Of a stretch of 64,000 nucleotides of DNA, positions 7,784 to 16,841 are shown piece by piece (position 1 is the first letter of the stretch; the number at the start of each line of letters is the position of its first letter). Below the pieces are notes generated by a model, which saw only the letters and a program-made list of their open reading frames with translations, was not told the origin of the DNA and did not search any database. This DNA comes from a virus (lineage: Duplodnaviria > Caudoviricetes). The stretch lies in IMG/VR virus record IMGVR_UViG_3300037466_002669, positions 174 to 64,173 of that record, one strand, 5' to 3'. Made by a program: the position numbers and the translations under genes.

Positions 7784-7999
7784 TTACGCTATTTTTAAAT
7801 ATTCATCCACATTAAAAAATCCTTCTTTCACTGATTCTTTTTTCTTCCGGTTATAAGGGTATTTAGCCAGATTTTCTTCTCTTTTGAACTTCTGTATAAA
7901 GAATCTCGTCGTTCCTAAAATACTGGCCATTTGAGGTTCAGTTAATTTTAAATAGTTGTTGCGGATGAAGTTCTTTTCGTGGTCGGTTAATTGTCTCAT
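7784..7999 (-). CDS. Small HTH-like DNA-binding protein
   Basis: LTEPQMASILGTTRFFIQ helix-turn-helix-like pattern. Confidence 0.55.
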   Translation of the reverse strand: MRQLTDHEKNFIRNNYLKLTEPQMASILGTTRFFIQKFKREENLAKYPYNRKKKESVKEGFFNVDEYLKIA

Positions 8000-8039
8000 A
8001 ATTTTTTTAATTCAGTTATAATTATTATGCTGTGTAATT

Positions 8040-8450
8040 CTATTTACAGACTTTTCTTATAAACTCAATTGGATTTTTGCAGTTAAATTTTTTAGACAAA
8101 CTAAAAATTGCGAAGGCTCTATTTGTTCCGTTGGTCAGATCTAATTCGTTTTCTATAGCTTGAAAAATTCCAAATTGCCTACATTGCTTTAGTGTGATTA
8201 CTCCTGCGTCTAATTGGGATGGGCAAACCTGTCGTAACCAAAAATCAAGAGGGCAATTACTTTTTTCATTATAAGGTGCAATAACTTCATTAAAGTATTT
8301 ATTGACAGGTGCGAAGTCTGTAGTTTCAATTATAAAATAGTTATTTTTATCCCACTCGTAGCCACTTTTAAAAGGTAATGATTTTTTTAAATCAGGGAAG
8401 TGCTTAACAACTTCTTCTGAGCATAGGTAATATTCAATTTCTGTTTTCAT
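8040..8450 (-). CDS. Hypothetical protein
   Basis: 136-aa ORF. Confidence 0.7.
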   Translation of the reverse strand: MKTEIEYYLCSEEVVKHFPDLKKSLPFKSGYEWDKNNYFIIETTDFAPVNKYFNEVIAPYNEKSNCPLDFWLRQVCPSQLDAGVITLKQCRQFGIFQAIENELDLTNGTNRAFAIFSLSKKFNCKNPIEFIRKVCK

Positions 8451-8483
8451 TTTTATATTGGTTTAAATATTTCGTTTTATTTT

Positions 8484-8957
8484 TTAATGCTTCATAAAAC
8501 ACAACCAAATTGTTTTTCCAGATTTCGCAGTTCTATGACCAAACAGCGGTTTATGATTTGTCAGCTGTAATACTTCGCTAACTTTTATTTGCGCCTCGTT
8601 CCATTTAAATATTAAAATTCCAAACGGTTCTAAAACCCGGAAACATTCTGAAAAACCCTGCTCAATATCTTTATGCCAATCAAAAGATAAAACACCGTAC
8701 TTCTTAGCCATCCATGTGTTATGGCCTAATTTTTTCATATGAGGCGGGTCGAAAACAACTACTTTAAATTTATTGTCTTCAAAAGGCATATTCCTAAAAT
8801 CAACTTCTAAATCAGGTTTGATTTCAAGGCTTCTTCCATCACACAAAACGTGGCTTTCTATTCTTTTATCTGTAAATAAAACATCCGGGTTATTTTTATC
8901 AAACCAGAACATTCTACTTCCACAGCAGGCATCAAGAATTAAGGGTACTTCAGGCAT
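8484..8957 (-). CDS. SAM-dependent (amino-type) methyltransferase
   Basis: LDACCGS SAM-binding motif and FDPPH catalytic-type motif. Confidence 0.8.
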   Translation of the reverse strand: MPEVPLILDACCGSRMFWFDKNNPDVLFTDKRIESHVLCDGRSLEIKPDLEVDFRNMPFEDNKFKVVVFDPPHMKKLGHNTWMAKKYGVLSFDWHKDIEQGFSECFRVLEPFGILIFKWNEAQIKVSEVLQLTNHKPLFGHRTAKSGKTIWLCFMKH

Positions 8958-9005
8958 TGGTTATAAATATTTTTTGCTTCAAATTCTTGTTTAAACTTTC
9001 CTCAC

Positions 9006-9362
9006 TTATTTCACTTTCCTTTCAATAAGTTGTAGATCAATTACCATATCTTTTAAATAAAGATCATCGGTATAAAACGCTCTCATGTTTTCAAAACTTT
9101 TATCAACAAATGCGCGTAAATTTTTTATACCGCTTATATAGATTTCGGGTATTGATCTATCTTTAAAAAACTTCCCAAGCCTCGCAGCTTCATCAATTAT
9201 TTCCTGCCTGTTTTTGAAAGGGAACAATGATTCAGTTATTTCCGTTTCTGAGCTCCTCAAATCTTCGTCGCTTATCTCATCAATGACCACTACATCCTGG
9301 TCAACTACAACCACTTCTTTTGGCTGCAAAACGATTTTATTGAGCGTTGATAGCGATAGCAT
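9006..9362 (-). CDS. Hypothetical protein
   Basis: 118-aa ORF. Confidence 0.6.
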   Translation of the reverse strand: MLSLSTLNKIVLQPKEVVVVDQDVVVIDEISDEDLRSSETEITESLFPFKNRQEIIDEAARLGKFFKDRSIPEIYISGIKNLRAFVDKSFENMRAFYTDDLYLKDMVIDLQLIERKVK

Positions 9363-10608
9363 TTTTTAAGTTTTTAATTCCAAAATCTTTTCTGAACCAT
9401 CTTAATGTATAGTCCTGCTTTGCAATCACTCTTTCATATATCTTTTCTTCTATTCCTCTTTCTGAAAAAATCCAATACAGCATACATTCCTCCTCTCTGT
9501 CTTTTGACTGTATGCGTGCTTTTGCCTGTTGGTAGCTTACAGAAGAAAAGTCAATGTTGTACATCACAAGTGCATCGGCTGTGGAAAGGTTAATTCCTTC
9601 TCTGCCGCTTTGAATTTGCGAGCAAAAAACTTTATGTTTTGAATGATTAAACTCCTCTGGTGAAAGTGTGATCTGTTCGCCAAACACTTTTAAGAGCGCT
9701 GTAAACTCCGCTTTGAATTTGTAGAATATAGCAATCTTTTCTCCTGTGAAATAGGTTTTTATAAAGTCTGCTTTATATGTATCAAAAATTATTGAAGCGC
9801 CACTTTCAGCGATAACCGTTCCGGAATAAATTTGATGCAGCTTTTGCATCAACTTCACTTCTGTATCGGCAATTATTTCCTGTCCATCTTTGCCAATATG
9901 CACACGCGTTTTTTTTATTTTATCTGCAAGGGCATAGGTGCTGTTTTTCATCTCAACTTTTAAAACCTGCTCTTTTACAGCCTGCGTAAATCCTGCATCT
10001 TTTTGAGTGTAAGACAGAAACAAGTGCTTTATTTTTTCGTTAATCAAAAATTCGTTTGCGTAGCTGTAATCATTTAACTGGCGGTTAAAAACATATTTTG
10101 TCTTCTTATACACATAGCCAGCATTTGCCCAAGCGTAAAAGTTTTTATGATCAGCAAAAGGAGAGAAAGAGGAAACGTGTAATTGATGAAAAATTTGAGA
10201 AAAAGATTCAGGCGTAGGTGTTCCGGAAAGAAATATCACAGGTAGTCCTTGCGCAATATTTTTTAATAATTTTGTTCTTTCTGCAATCACAGGAAATTGT
10301 CCTAAACAATGCGCTTCGTCACAAATTATCAGATCAAAATTTTCTTCCTGAAAGTTTTGCAGTTGCTCATAGTTAGTAACCACTATTTGAAAAGAAGGTT
10401 TAAAATCCTGGTAGTCATTCTTAATTGATCTGATTGCTTTTTTCTTTGTAAGAAAAATTACTTTTTTTGCGCCATAAAGTTGTGCTGCATGAAAAGAGGT
10501 AATTGTCTTGCCTGTTCTAACCTCCATCGACAGGTAGGCGATCTTATGTTCTTTTAAAAGTACAGCCGCCGAAACGGCTATACTTAATTGGTAGTCTCTT
10601 AGTGTCAT
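9337..10608 (-). CDS. Superfamily 2 (SNF2-like, DEAH) helicase
   Basis: RTGKT, CDEAH, LSGTP, GREGINLS, QAKARI motifs. Confidence 0.9.
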   Translation of the reverse strand: MTLRDYQLSIAVSAAVLLKEHKIAYLSMEVRTGKTITSFHAAQLYGAKKVIFLTKKKAIRSIKNDYQDFKPSFQIVVTNYEQLQNFQEENFDLIICDEAHCLGQFPVIAERTKLLKNIAQGLPVIFLSGTPTPESFSQIFHQLHVSSFSPFADHKNFYAWANAGYVYKKTKYVFNRQLNDYSYANEFLINEKIKHLFLSYTQKDAGFTQAVKEQVLKVEMKNSTYALADKIKKTRVHIGKDGQEIIADTEVKLMQKLHQIYSGTVIAESGASIIFDTYKADFIKTYFTGEKIAIFYKFKAEFTALLKVFGEQITLSPEEFNHSKHKVFCSQIQSGREGINLSTADALVMYNIDFSSVSYQQAKARIQSKDREEECMLYWIFSERGIEEKIYERVIAKQDYTLRWFRKDFGIKNLKNAIAINAQ

Positions 10609-10973
10609 ACTACGGCCTCCTCTTGCTCCTGGTTAAATAAATTCCATTCTTCACTTGTCATTTTTTCGATAATCTTTTGATTGTTATCTTTTCTGATTAT
10701 CGTTTTCTTCCCCTGCTCTGGTTTGTGATATTTAATCTCACACTCAACTTCACGTATTTCATAGCCGCTTGCAACCTTATTTGAGAGAGAATTCAAATCA
10801 GACTGAATAGAATCAAGTCTTGATTTAAACTGACTGCTTACGCTTTTCTTTTCATCGCTTACCGTCTGGAATTGTTGCGTTTTATTTGCCAAGTCCATTG
10901 ACAGGTCATGAATTTCAGGTGCAGTAAAATCATAGCGAAGCCACCTTTTTTCTGAATTGTTTAACACTTCCAT
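10605..10973 (-). CDS. Hypothetical coiled-coil protein
   Basis: 122-aa ORF. Confidence 0.7.
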   Translation of the reverse strand: MEVLNNSEKRWLRYDFTAPEIHDLSMDLANKTQQFQTVSDEKKSVSSQFKSRLDSIQSDLNSLSNKVASGYEIREVECEIKYHKPEQGKKTIIRKDNNQKIIEKMTSEEWNLFNQEQEEAVV

Positions 10974-10992
10974 TTTTATTTTGGTTTAAAGA

Positions 10993-11592
10993 TTAAAAAG
11001 GCATTTCATCTTCTGTTTCTTCGCCGGCCATTGCAGGTTCAGGGGTAGCTGTTTTTGAAAGTTTTGGGAAAATATCGTTTACTACCATTCTTTCAAGAAA
11101 GCTCATTAAATCGCTATCATCCCATTGAAGCTTGCCTTTTACTTTTATTTGCACCATTTGAGGCAAACCATTTGGATTTTCTTTTGTGTAAAAATGCTTC
11201 AAGGCCTTGCCGTCCTGGTTTAAAAAAAGTGTTACTTTCTTTTTGTCGCCTTCAATTTTCATTGATGGAGAAAAGCGCACCCTCTTTGTCAGGTCAACAT
11301 TTGGCAGCGTCTTTAAAAATGCTGAAGCATAGCCGCCGGAATAATTCATTTGGAGAATATACTTCTCTTCTCCATCCTGAATTGACACGTTCCAAAATCT
11401 ACCGAAAGAAGGATGGTCATGCGTTTTGATGTCGGTAATAATACCGCTCACGCCATCATAAATTTCTTCGTGGATCACGTTACCATTTTTCAGCGTCCGT
11501 GATTGTGAAATGTCAGTGGGTTGCTTTACCCGCTTTGTAATTTTGCCGTCACCGATTGATAGGTAAACAGCGTTGTTGTTTTTTTCTAACAT
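10993..11592 (-). CDS. Putative single-stranded DNA-binding protein
   Basis: Beta-rich, acidic tail ending EDEMPF, in recombination/replication cluster. Confidence 0.55.
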   Translation of the reverse strand: MLEKNNNAVYLSIGDGKITKRVKQPTDISQSRTLKNGNVIHEEIYDGVSGIITDIKTHDHPSFGRFWNVSIQDGEEKYILQMNYSGGYASAFLKTLPNVDLTKRVRFSPSMKIEGDKKKVTLFLNQDGKALKHFYTKENPNGLPQMVQIKVKGKLQWDDSDLMSFLERMVVNDIFPKLSKTATPEPAMAGEETEDEMPF

Positions 11593-11598
11593 AAAATT

Positions 11599-12078
11599 TT
11601 AAAATTTAAATTGTGTTGATATATTGTTTCTAATTTGATATACGAGTGTGGAATAAGGAATTCTTGTTTTTATTGAAGCGTCCTTAATTGTATTAAATAT
11701 CTCTCCTGTTATTTTATCAATTATTTTTTTTGATTTGAAGTGCTTGCCCCCAGAGGGAGGTGTTCTTAAACCTGTTATTAATGCGTGTTTTTGATTTTCT
11801 GAAATGGTGCACCATTCCAAATTTTCGACAACATTGTTATGTTTATTACCATCGATATGGTTTATAAAATTCTTGCCGTAAACCTTTGGCAGAAAATGAA
11901 GTGCAACAAGCCTGTGAATTTTAATTGTAGTAATTGTGCCGTTTTTTCGCAGGTTTACGTGCTTATAACCATTTGAACTTTTACCAGGAGATAAAACCTT
12001 GCCTTTATTGTTTTTTACGCTCCCGTCTGGAGATATAAAATACAAGCCCTCAAAACCTTCGATGTCTTTATAAGCCAT
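11599..12078 (-). CDS. NUMOD4/HNH homing endonuclease
   Basis: YKDIEGFEGLYFISPDG N-terminus; IHRLVA...INHIDGNKHNNVVENLEW. Confidence 0.9.
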   Translation of the reverse strand: MAYKDIEGFEGLYFISPDGSVKNNKGKVLSPGKSSNGYKHVNLRKNGTITTIKIHRLVALHFLPKVYGKNFINHIDGNKHNNVVENLEWCTISENQKHALITGLRTPPSGGKHFKSKKIIDKITGEIFNTIKDASIKTRIPYSTLVYQIRNNISTQFKF

Positions 12079-12110
12079 TTTGTTTTTAATTTAATTGTTA
12101 ATGAAAATTA

Positions 12111-12692
12111 TTATTGAGTGACTAATTGTGGTTTGGTAATGAGGTTATAAATTTGCCTTGTCAGGTCAATATCATATTGAGCTTCATGCAATCTGGTTTC
12201 ATCTATTTCTATTCCTAAATGTTTGGCTACAGTTTTAAGTTTGAAATCTGTCATTGTATGGCGGTTCTGGATAAGATGTTGTGACGCTAATACGAATACA
12301 TCAATAGGACTACTCCAGAACCATGAGCCGAAATAGTTATCATTGTTTTGAACGAAGAAGGCGCGGAAAAAAGCGTTATCAAAAGAAGCGTTATTGTATC
12401 CGACAAGGAAAAACTTATCTGATTTATCGTACCTGTCAACATATTTGGAAAGCAGATTAATTATTTGACAATAGACCTTTTCAAAATCTTCATACCCTTC
12501 TAAATCATTTCGTGAAATACCTGCCACAGCCAATGCTTCATCTTCAATTAGTGCCTGTTTAAATGGCTTCACGTTGAAATTAAAACGCTCTTTTATTTCT
12601 CCATCTATTTCAATGGCACCACTTATTTGATGAATTCCATTTTTCCAATATTTAACGCCTGTGGTTTCAAGATCAAAAAAGAATAGTTTCAT
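12111..12692 (-). CDS. DEDDh 3'-5' exonuclease (DnaQ/RNase T-like)
   Basis: FDLETTG, VGYNNASFD, HEAQYD motifs. Confidence 0.9.
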   Translation of the reverse strand: MKLFFFDLETTGVKYWKNGIHQISGAIEIDGEIKERFNFNVKPFKQALIEDEALAVAGISRNDLEGYEDFEKVYCQIINLLSKYVDRYDKSDKFFLVGYNNASFDNAFFRAFFVQNNDNYFGSWFWSSPIDVFVLASQHLIQNRHTMTDFKLKTVAKHLGIEIDETRLHEAQYDIDLTRQIYNLITKPQLVTQ

Positions 12693-12813
12693 TTTTATTT
12701 ACAGTTATTGAGTGACTAATTTTATTAAAAAGGAAGGGAGTTATAATATTGCTATAATGAAGCAAGACGTTATAACAATTTAAATTATAACTACCCCACC
12801 TGAGTGACTAATT
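12111..12813. repeat. Direct repeats ttattgagtgactaatt (12111-12127, 12705-12721) and tgagtgactaatt (12801-12813)
   Basis: Read directly from sequence. Confidence 0.9.
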
Positions 12814-13570
12814 TGTGTTTCAGTTGATAAGACAATTGCCGCGGCATCGCTCCTTCATTTTCCGCAAGCCAAAGTTTGTGCGTAGCTTGAAAAAGGTTCC
12901 ACTCTTTATCCAGGTTATCTTTAATAATTAACTGCCATCCCTTACCCTGCATAGTGCCAGCTTTGCCGTCAGTTTTTGTTTTTGCATTAAGCCAAAGGAT
13001 TGCCGTTTTCTGAATTGGGTTATAGCCGTATTCTTCGGTCAAAAGTTTTTCGTACGCTGCCAGTTGAAGCCAGTATGATGGCCATATTGAGCCGCTTGTT
13101 TTGATGTCGATCAAATATTTTTCACCATTCATTTCTATTACCCTGTCAAGCGTTCCTGCGAAGCCTAATTTTGCAGAAGCAAGCGATAGTTCTGAATGAA
13201 TAACCTCAAAAGGAAACCTTTCTCTGAATTCGATGTAGCGCTCGAACATAGCCCATTCACTCATTTTAAAGTTTACGTTCTCATCACCATATAAACATAT
13301 TTCTTCACCGGCATCATAGCGCTCTGTAAGGTTATGAACAACTGAGCCGCGGTTGCCTGCTTCATCTCTTATGGTATCTGAATCTTCGCCGTTTTTCTTT
13401 AGCCACTCGTAAAAGGCTGCGCCTTTCGGATACGCCTCTAATACGGTAGTTACGCTTGGCACTGGCACGCCGGCATTATCAAAATAAAACCTGTTATCCA
13501 GGAATGTTATCCTATTTTGCGATAGATCTATTTTGAAGTTTTTAGATCCGATTTTTGTAATTAGTTCCAT
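12791..13570 (-). CDS. PD-(D/E)XK exonuclease (RecB/Cas4-like family)
   Basis: PSVTTVL, GSVVH, GFAGTLD, IDIKTS, WLQLAAY motifs. Confidence 0.85.
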   Translation of the reverse strand: MELITKIGSKNFKIDLSQNRITFLDNRFYFDNAGVPVPSVTTVLEAYPKGAAFYEWLKKNGEDSDTIRDEAGNRGSVVHNLTERYDAGEEICLYGDENVNFKMSEWAMFERYIEFRERFPFEVIHSELSLASAKLGFAGTLDRVIEMNGEKYLIDIKTSGSIWPSYWLQLAAYEKLLTEEYGYNPIQKTAILWLNAKTKTDGKAGTMQGKGWQLIIKDNLDKEWNLFQATHKLWLAENEGAMPRQLSYQLKHKLVTQVG

Positions 13571-13663
13571 TTGTATCTTTGCTTTTTAGGTTCTTTAATT
13601 GGCTTGTTTCCAGCAAGCCTTTTTTAATTTATATTCAGTTGTCTTACTAATCCGGTTCTTGGC

Positions 13664-13984
13664 TTAGGATTCAAGACCTGTTCGTACTAGACTTTTGGTT
13701 TGGGTTTGAAGATTTTTATTTTCATATTTTGATTTTATCGCTTCAATGAAATCCGATTCGGTTAAAACATATTCTTGTCCTGAACCGTGTTGCATTGGGT
13801 AGTCATTACTATAGCTAACAGCCCATTTTCCTTTCTTTGTAATCCTGACTGAATAATCATCTCCATTTGAATATTTATTTTCCTTAAACCATTTAATTAA
13901 TTTAGCTTCAATTCTTTTTGTTTGATGAAGCAAAAATTCAGTTCTTGGTATAGTAAACTTTCCGCAATCGGTATCGTATTCCAT
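13664..13984 (-). CDS. Hypothetical protein
   Basis: 106-aa ORF. Confidence 0.65.
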   Translation of the reverse strand: MEYDTDCGKFTIPRTEFLLHQTKRIEAKLIKWFKENKYSNGDDYSVRITKKGKWAVSYSNDYPMQHGSGQEYVLTESDFIEAIKSKYENKNLQTQTKSLVRTGLES

Positions 13985-13990
13985 TGATTG

Positions 13991-14290
13991 TTATTTTGAA
14001 TATCTTTCAATTAAATCTTTTGCTAATTCAGGAATAAAAGGGGCTATGTTTTTGGCATAAGTGAGAACCGCTTTTCTGCACGCTTCAATATGATTTTTGT
14101 CGCTTCCTTTTTCGTCCAATCGTAATACAAAATACTCCGCGTTGTCGTCACATGGTATTACCCTATATGGGTTTTCTGAATCCCCTAATTTTACTCCCAT
14201 GATTTCAATTTCGTTAGGTACTATTTTTTGGATATAGTACCGTTGGTGCAATCCTTTGGGGTTTTCTTTATGTGTTGGAATTATTTTCAT
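13991..14290 (-). CDS. Hypothetical phage protein
   Basis: 99-aa ORF. Confidence 0.7.
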   Translation of the reverse strand: MKIIPTHKENPKGLHQRYYIQKIVPNEIEIMGVKLGDSENPYRVIPCDDNAEYFVLRLDEKGSDKNHIEACRKAVLTYAKNIAPFIPELAKDLIERYSK

Positions 14291-14309
14291 TTTATTTTCT
14301 TTAAAGAAC

Positions 14310-14483
14310 TTATTCTGATTCTATTTTACTCAAACATTCATTAATCACTCCATCCCCGTAATCCACCCTTGCCCAATACTTTTTCAATTCAATATCTTTT
14401 TTAACTTCCAGGTCAGCACTTAATTTTACATATACCGCACTTCCCACAATTATTGCCACAACAGGAATTAGTAAGTATATCAT
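14310..14483 (-). CDS. Small N-terminally anchored membrane protein (57 aa; not in ORF track)
   Basis: MIYLLIPVVAIIVGSAVYVKLSADLEVKK...; fills the gap between neighbours. Confidence 0.55.
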   Translation of the reverse strand: MIYLLIPVVAIIVGSAVYVKLSADLEVKKDIELKKYWARVDYGDGVINECLSKIESE

Positions 14484-14504
14484 AGCGAGTTAATTTATTA
14501 GGAT

Positions 14505-14864
14505 TTATTCATCCGTTTTTTCAGGTTCAGAAAAAAGAATTTTAATACTATCCAATTTAGAAAGAGGAATATATGTGGTGTCAACATTGTTTAAATAACC
14601 TCCATAGTTAGAAGGATGGTGGATATTTAATTTAACGTAGATGCCATTGCTATCTCTACCCATTTCTTTAATTCCAGCTACTTTAAAAACAGTATCACGC
14701 CTCAGTAGAACATCTCCTTTTTTGTATGGCACGAATTCGATAAAAGAGTTTACTAAATCATTTAAAGTAGCTTCTGTAACCCTTTTCGCATGTTCAAGAT
14801 TTTCAATTTCCTGGATATAGTGAGCAACACTGTTTAATCTTGTTTCTAATAATTTTTTATTCAT
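14505..14864 (-). CDS. Hypothetical protein
   Basis: 119-aa ORF. Confidence 0.7.
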   Translation of the reverse strand: MNKKLLETRLNSVAHYIQEIENLEHAKRVTEATLNDLVNSFIEFVPYKKGDVLLRRDTVFKVAGIKEMGRDSNGIYVKLNIHHPSNYGGYLNNVDTTYIPLSKLDSIKILFSEPEKTDE

Positions 14865-14870
14865 TTTCAG

Positions 14871-14990
14871 TTAATTTATCAGTCTATCAATAGTTATATC
14901 ATCATCTTCATCTTTTATAACCGTTGCGGCTATGACCATTACCACAGCGACTATAATTATTATGATCATCAGTATTAAAAATCCTTTCAT
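14871..14990 (-). CDS. Small single-pass membrane peptide (39 aa; not in ORF track)
   Basis: MKGFLILMIIIIIVAVVMVIAATVIKDEDDDITIDRLIN. Confidence 0.55.
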   Translation of the reverse strand: MKGFLILMIIIIIVAVVMVIAATVIKDEDDDITIDRLIN

Positions 14991-15119
14991 TTTGCAGTTG
15001 CTTTAATTCGTTTTTTAAAAATTTTTCTTGTGTTTCAGAGATCGGTTTTTCAAGTAGTTTGGAATAATGTTCTATCTGGAATTTCTTAAGATCGGATGGT
15101 GTGATTACGTGCATTTATT

Positions 15120-15893
15120 TTAGGATGACCAGTGTAAAAAATATTTTTCTATATCGGGTTGGCTTAACACATATTCTATTGTTTCCTTAACAATCTTTAA
15201 TGCAGTTATATACCAGCTATTTTGACCTTCTGTGATAACATAAGTGCACTGCTGTTTCTTTAACCAGGATTTCGTTCCAGGTATAAGCCCGAATACTTTT
15301 AGCGGCTCTGATAAATTGAATTCGCCGTTTATGTTTCCGTAATTACAATCATGATTTTTAGAAAGTTCAGCCGCGAAGACATTTAATGCGTCCTTTTCGG
15401 ATTCACATTTCGGTTGGCCTAATATGTTGTGGGAAACAGAAAAGCATCTATAATTTCCTGCATTTTCAAGTAAGCGAATTGATTCGTTACATTTATTTAG
15501 CGCAAGTTTCCATTTTGGCTGAAAGCAATATTCATCGCCTGCATCAAAAATATCGTTCAAGTCAGGCACGCTAAGGTTTCGTAAAATATTGTTTATTCCA
15601 CCTCCGTTATATGAGCTTCTAAAATATCCGACCTTAAAATAGTGATCCTTGTCAATGGCAGAATCACACTCAATTTTTACTTTATTTTTATCATCTTCGC
15701 CATATTCTCCAAGTTCCATTTCGATGGCTAATTCTTTATTTTTTCTACGAACCTCATCTTTCTTTTCCTGTGACATGGTTTCATAGCCTCCTGCATCATT
15801 CCAGTTTTTTTCTGAAATAACTTCATATTCTTTTTCGAGCCTGTCTGTTTCAGACTTATTTTCGTATTTATACAGAAAAACATCTAATCCCAT
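15120..15893 (-). CDS. Hypothetical phage protein
   Basis: 257-aa ORF. Confidence 0.75.
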   Translation of the reverse strand: MGLDVFLYKYENKSETDRLEKEYEVISEKNWNDAGGYETMSQEKKDEVRRKNKELAIEMELGEYGEDDKNKVKIECDSAIDKDHYFKVGYFRSSYNGGGINNILRNLSVPDLNDIFDAGDEYCFQPKWKLALNKCNESIRLLENAGNYRCFSVSHNILGQPKCESEKDALNVFAAELSKNHDCNYGNINGEFNLSEPLKVFGLIPGTKSWLKKQQCTYVITEGQNSWYITALKIVKETIEYVLSQPDIEKYFLHWSS

Positions 15894-15903
15894 ATTTTTG
15901 ATT

Positions 15904-16128
15904 TTAGTTTTGTCTCGAAAGTGTTGGAATATTATTTAATTCGGTTTCGAGTTCTTTTAATCTGGAACGGTCTCTCATATCTTCCTGAGCTAATTTTTGC
16001 CATCTGTATTCAGCAGAATTTGCTTTTCTTGTATGCTCATTAAATTCTTCTTTCAGTTTATCTAAAGATTCTGCACGCTGTTTAATTACACGGGATAATA
16101 AATTGTAGCGGTCTGTTAAGTTGCTCAT
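15904..16128 (-). CDS. Hypothetical coiled-coil protein
   Basis: 74-aa ORF. Confidence 0.65.
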   Translation of the reverse strand: MSNLTDRYNLLSRVIKQRAESLDKLKEEFNEHTRKANSAEYRWQKLAQEDMRDRSRLKELETELNNIPTLSRQN

Positions 16129-16134
16129 TTGTCT

Positions 16135-16362
16135 TTATTTTGATTGTCCTTCGATATTCCAATTCATAAATTCATCTTCATATATATCTTCAATCCATCC
16201 GTCATATGGTAGTTGATATCTTTTTATTAAAGACAATGCAACATCTTTAATAACAGCCCTTAGCAGGTTTGATTTATCAGCGGGTATACCATAAAAATCT
16301 ATTGCGTATTGTATTTTTTCACCGGGCGTATTAACCTCGTCTGGATATAATGTAGTTTGCAT
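16135..16362 (-). CDS. Hypothetical protein
   Basis: 75-aa ORF. Confidence 0.65.
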   Translation of the reverse strand: MQTTLYPDEVNTPGEKIQYAIDFYGIPADKSNLLRAVIKDVALSLIKRYQLPYDGWIEDIYEDEFMNWNIEGQSK

Positions 16363-16550
16363 TATTTTGCGTTTAGTATTAAAAAAGAGATTGCATTTTC
16401 TATCGAGTACCCTTTGTTGTAGAGTTTTTTACAGAGTTTTTCTGAAAGTTTATAATCACTATTTATAAACCTTAGTTTTAAACCTACCTCCTTTGAAAAC
16501 TCTTCGTAAGAAATTATTTTACCATCTTTCAATTGACCGTATGTACTCAT
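16362..16550 (-). CDS. Hypothetical protein
   Basis: 62-aa ORF, coupled. Confidence 0.6.
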   Translation of the reverse strand: MSTYGQLKDGKIISYEEFSKEVGLKLRFINSDYKLSEKLCKKLYNKGYSIENAISFLILNAK

Positions 16551-16584
16551 TTTGTTTACTTTGGGGAGTTACTTATTTGGTTTT

Positions 16585-16830
16585 TCAATAATTCACATTC
16601 TGCCAGTGATCTTCAAATTGGCGCTGTTCTTCTGAATCATCATAATCCTCCAATTTATAGTCGATATGATCTTTGATTTCATTGAGGGTTTCAAATGCGT
16701 CATCTGACCCTGGGTAAAAAAAGAAGCCGTCCAGTTCTGTAATTGACCAGCCTTTGTATCTGGTTACAATATTTTCCATTAAATTTGCCATGTTATGTAT
16801 TTTAAGTTTTATTGAGCCTTGTTGACGCAA
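16585..16830 (-). CDS. Hypothetical acidic protein
   Basis: ORF; true start probably internal. Confidence 0.55.
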   Translation of the reverse strand: MRQQGSIKLKIHNMANLMENIVTRYKGWSITELDGFFFYPGSDDAFETLNEIKDHIDYKLEDYDDSEEQRQFEDHWQNVNY

Positions 16831-16841
16831 GGCTTTTTTTA
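16815..16841 (+). terminator. Intrinsic terminator-like hairpin with T-tract on + strand (antisense to early operon)
   Basis: agccttg-ttgacg-caaggct followed by T run. Confidence 0.6.

Larger units (their letters stand above)
6455..13210. repeat. Long direct repeat, copy 1 (copy 2 at 57245-64000, offset 50,790 bp)
   Basis: ORF coordinates differ by exactly 50,790 and translations match; 6 substitutions seen at 6511-6625, none in spot checks further right. Confidence 0.97.

Noticed and set aside
6455-13210. Ordinary headful terminal redundancy as the explanation of the repeat
   Set aside because: The overlap spans at least 13 kb (about a quarter of the unit) and includes non-identical modules, which simple redundancy would not produce.
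12791-13570. Cas4 as evidence of a CRISPR-associated system
   Set aside because: It is a stand-alone PD-(D/E)XK exonuclease in a recombination cluster, without the Fe-S cysteines, other cas genes or an array.
13600-13720. Possible TAG read-through peptide MKIKIFKPKPKV*YEQVLNPKPR on the - strand; stop-codon reassignment
   Set aside because: It overlaps the end of 13664..13984, and all long genes are intact under the standard bacterial code, so there is no evidence for recoding.
14908-15114. 68-aa ORF as listed
   Set aside because: Its 3' part overlaps the more convincing 39-aa membrane peptide frame; its extent is uncertain, so it was not listed as a feature.
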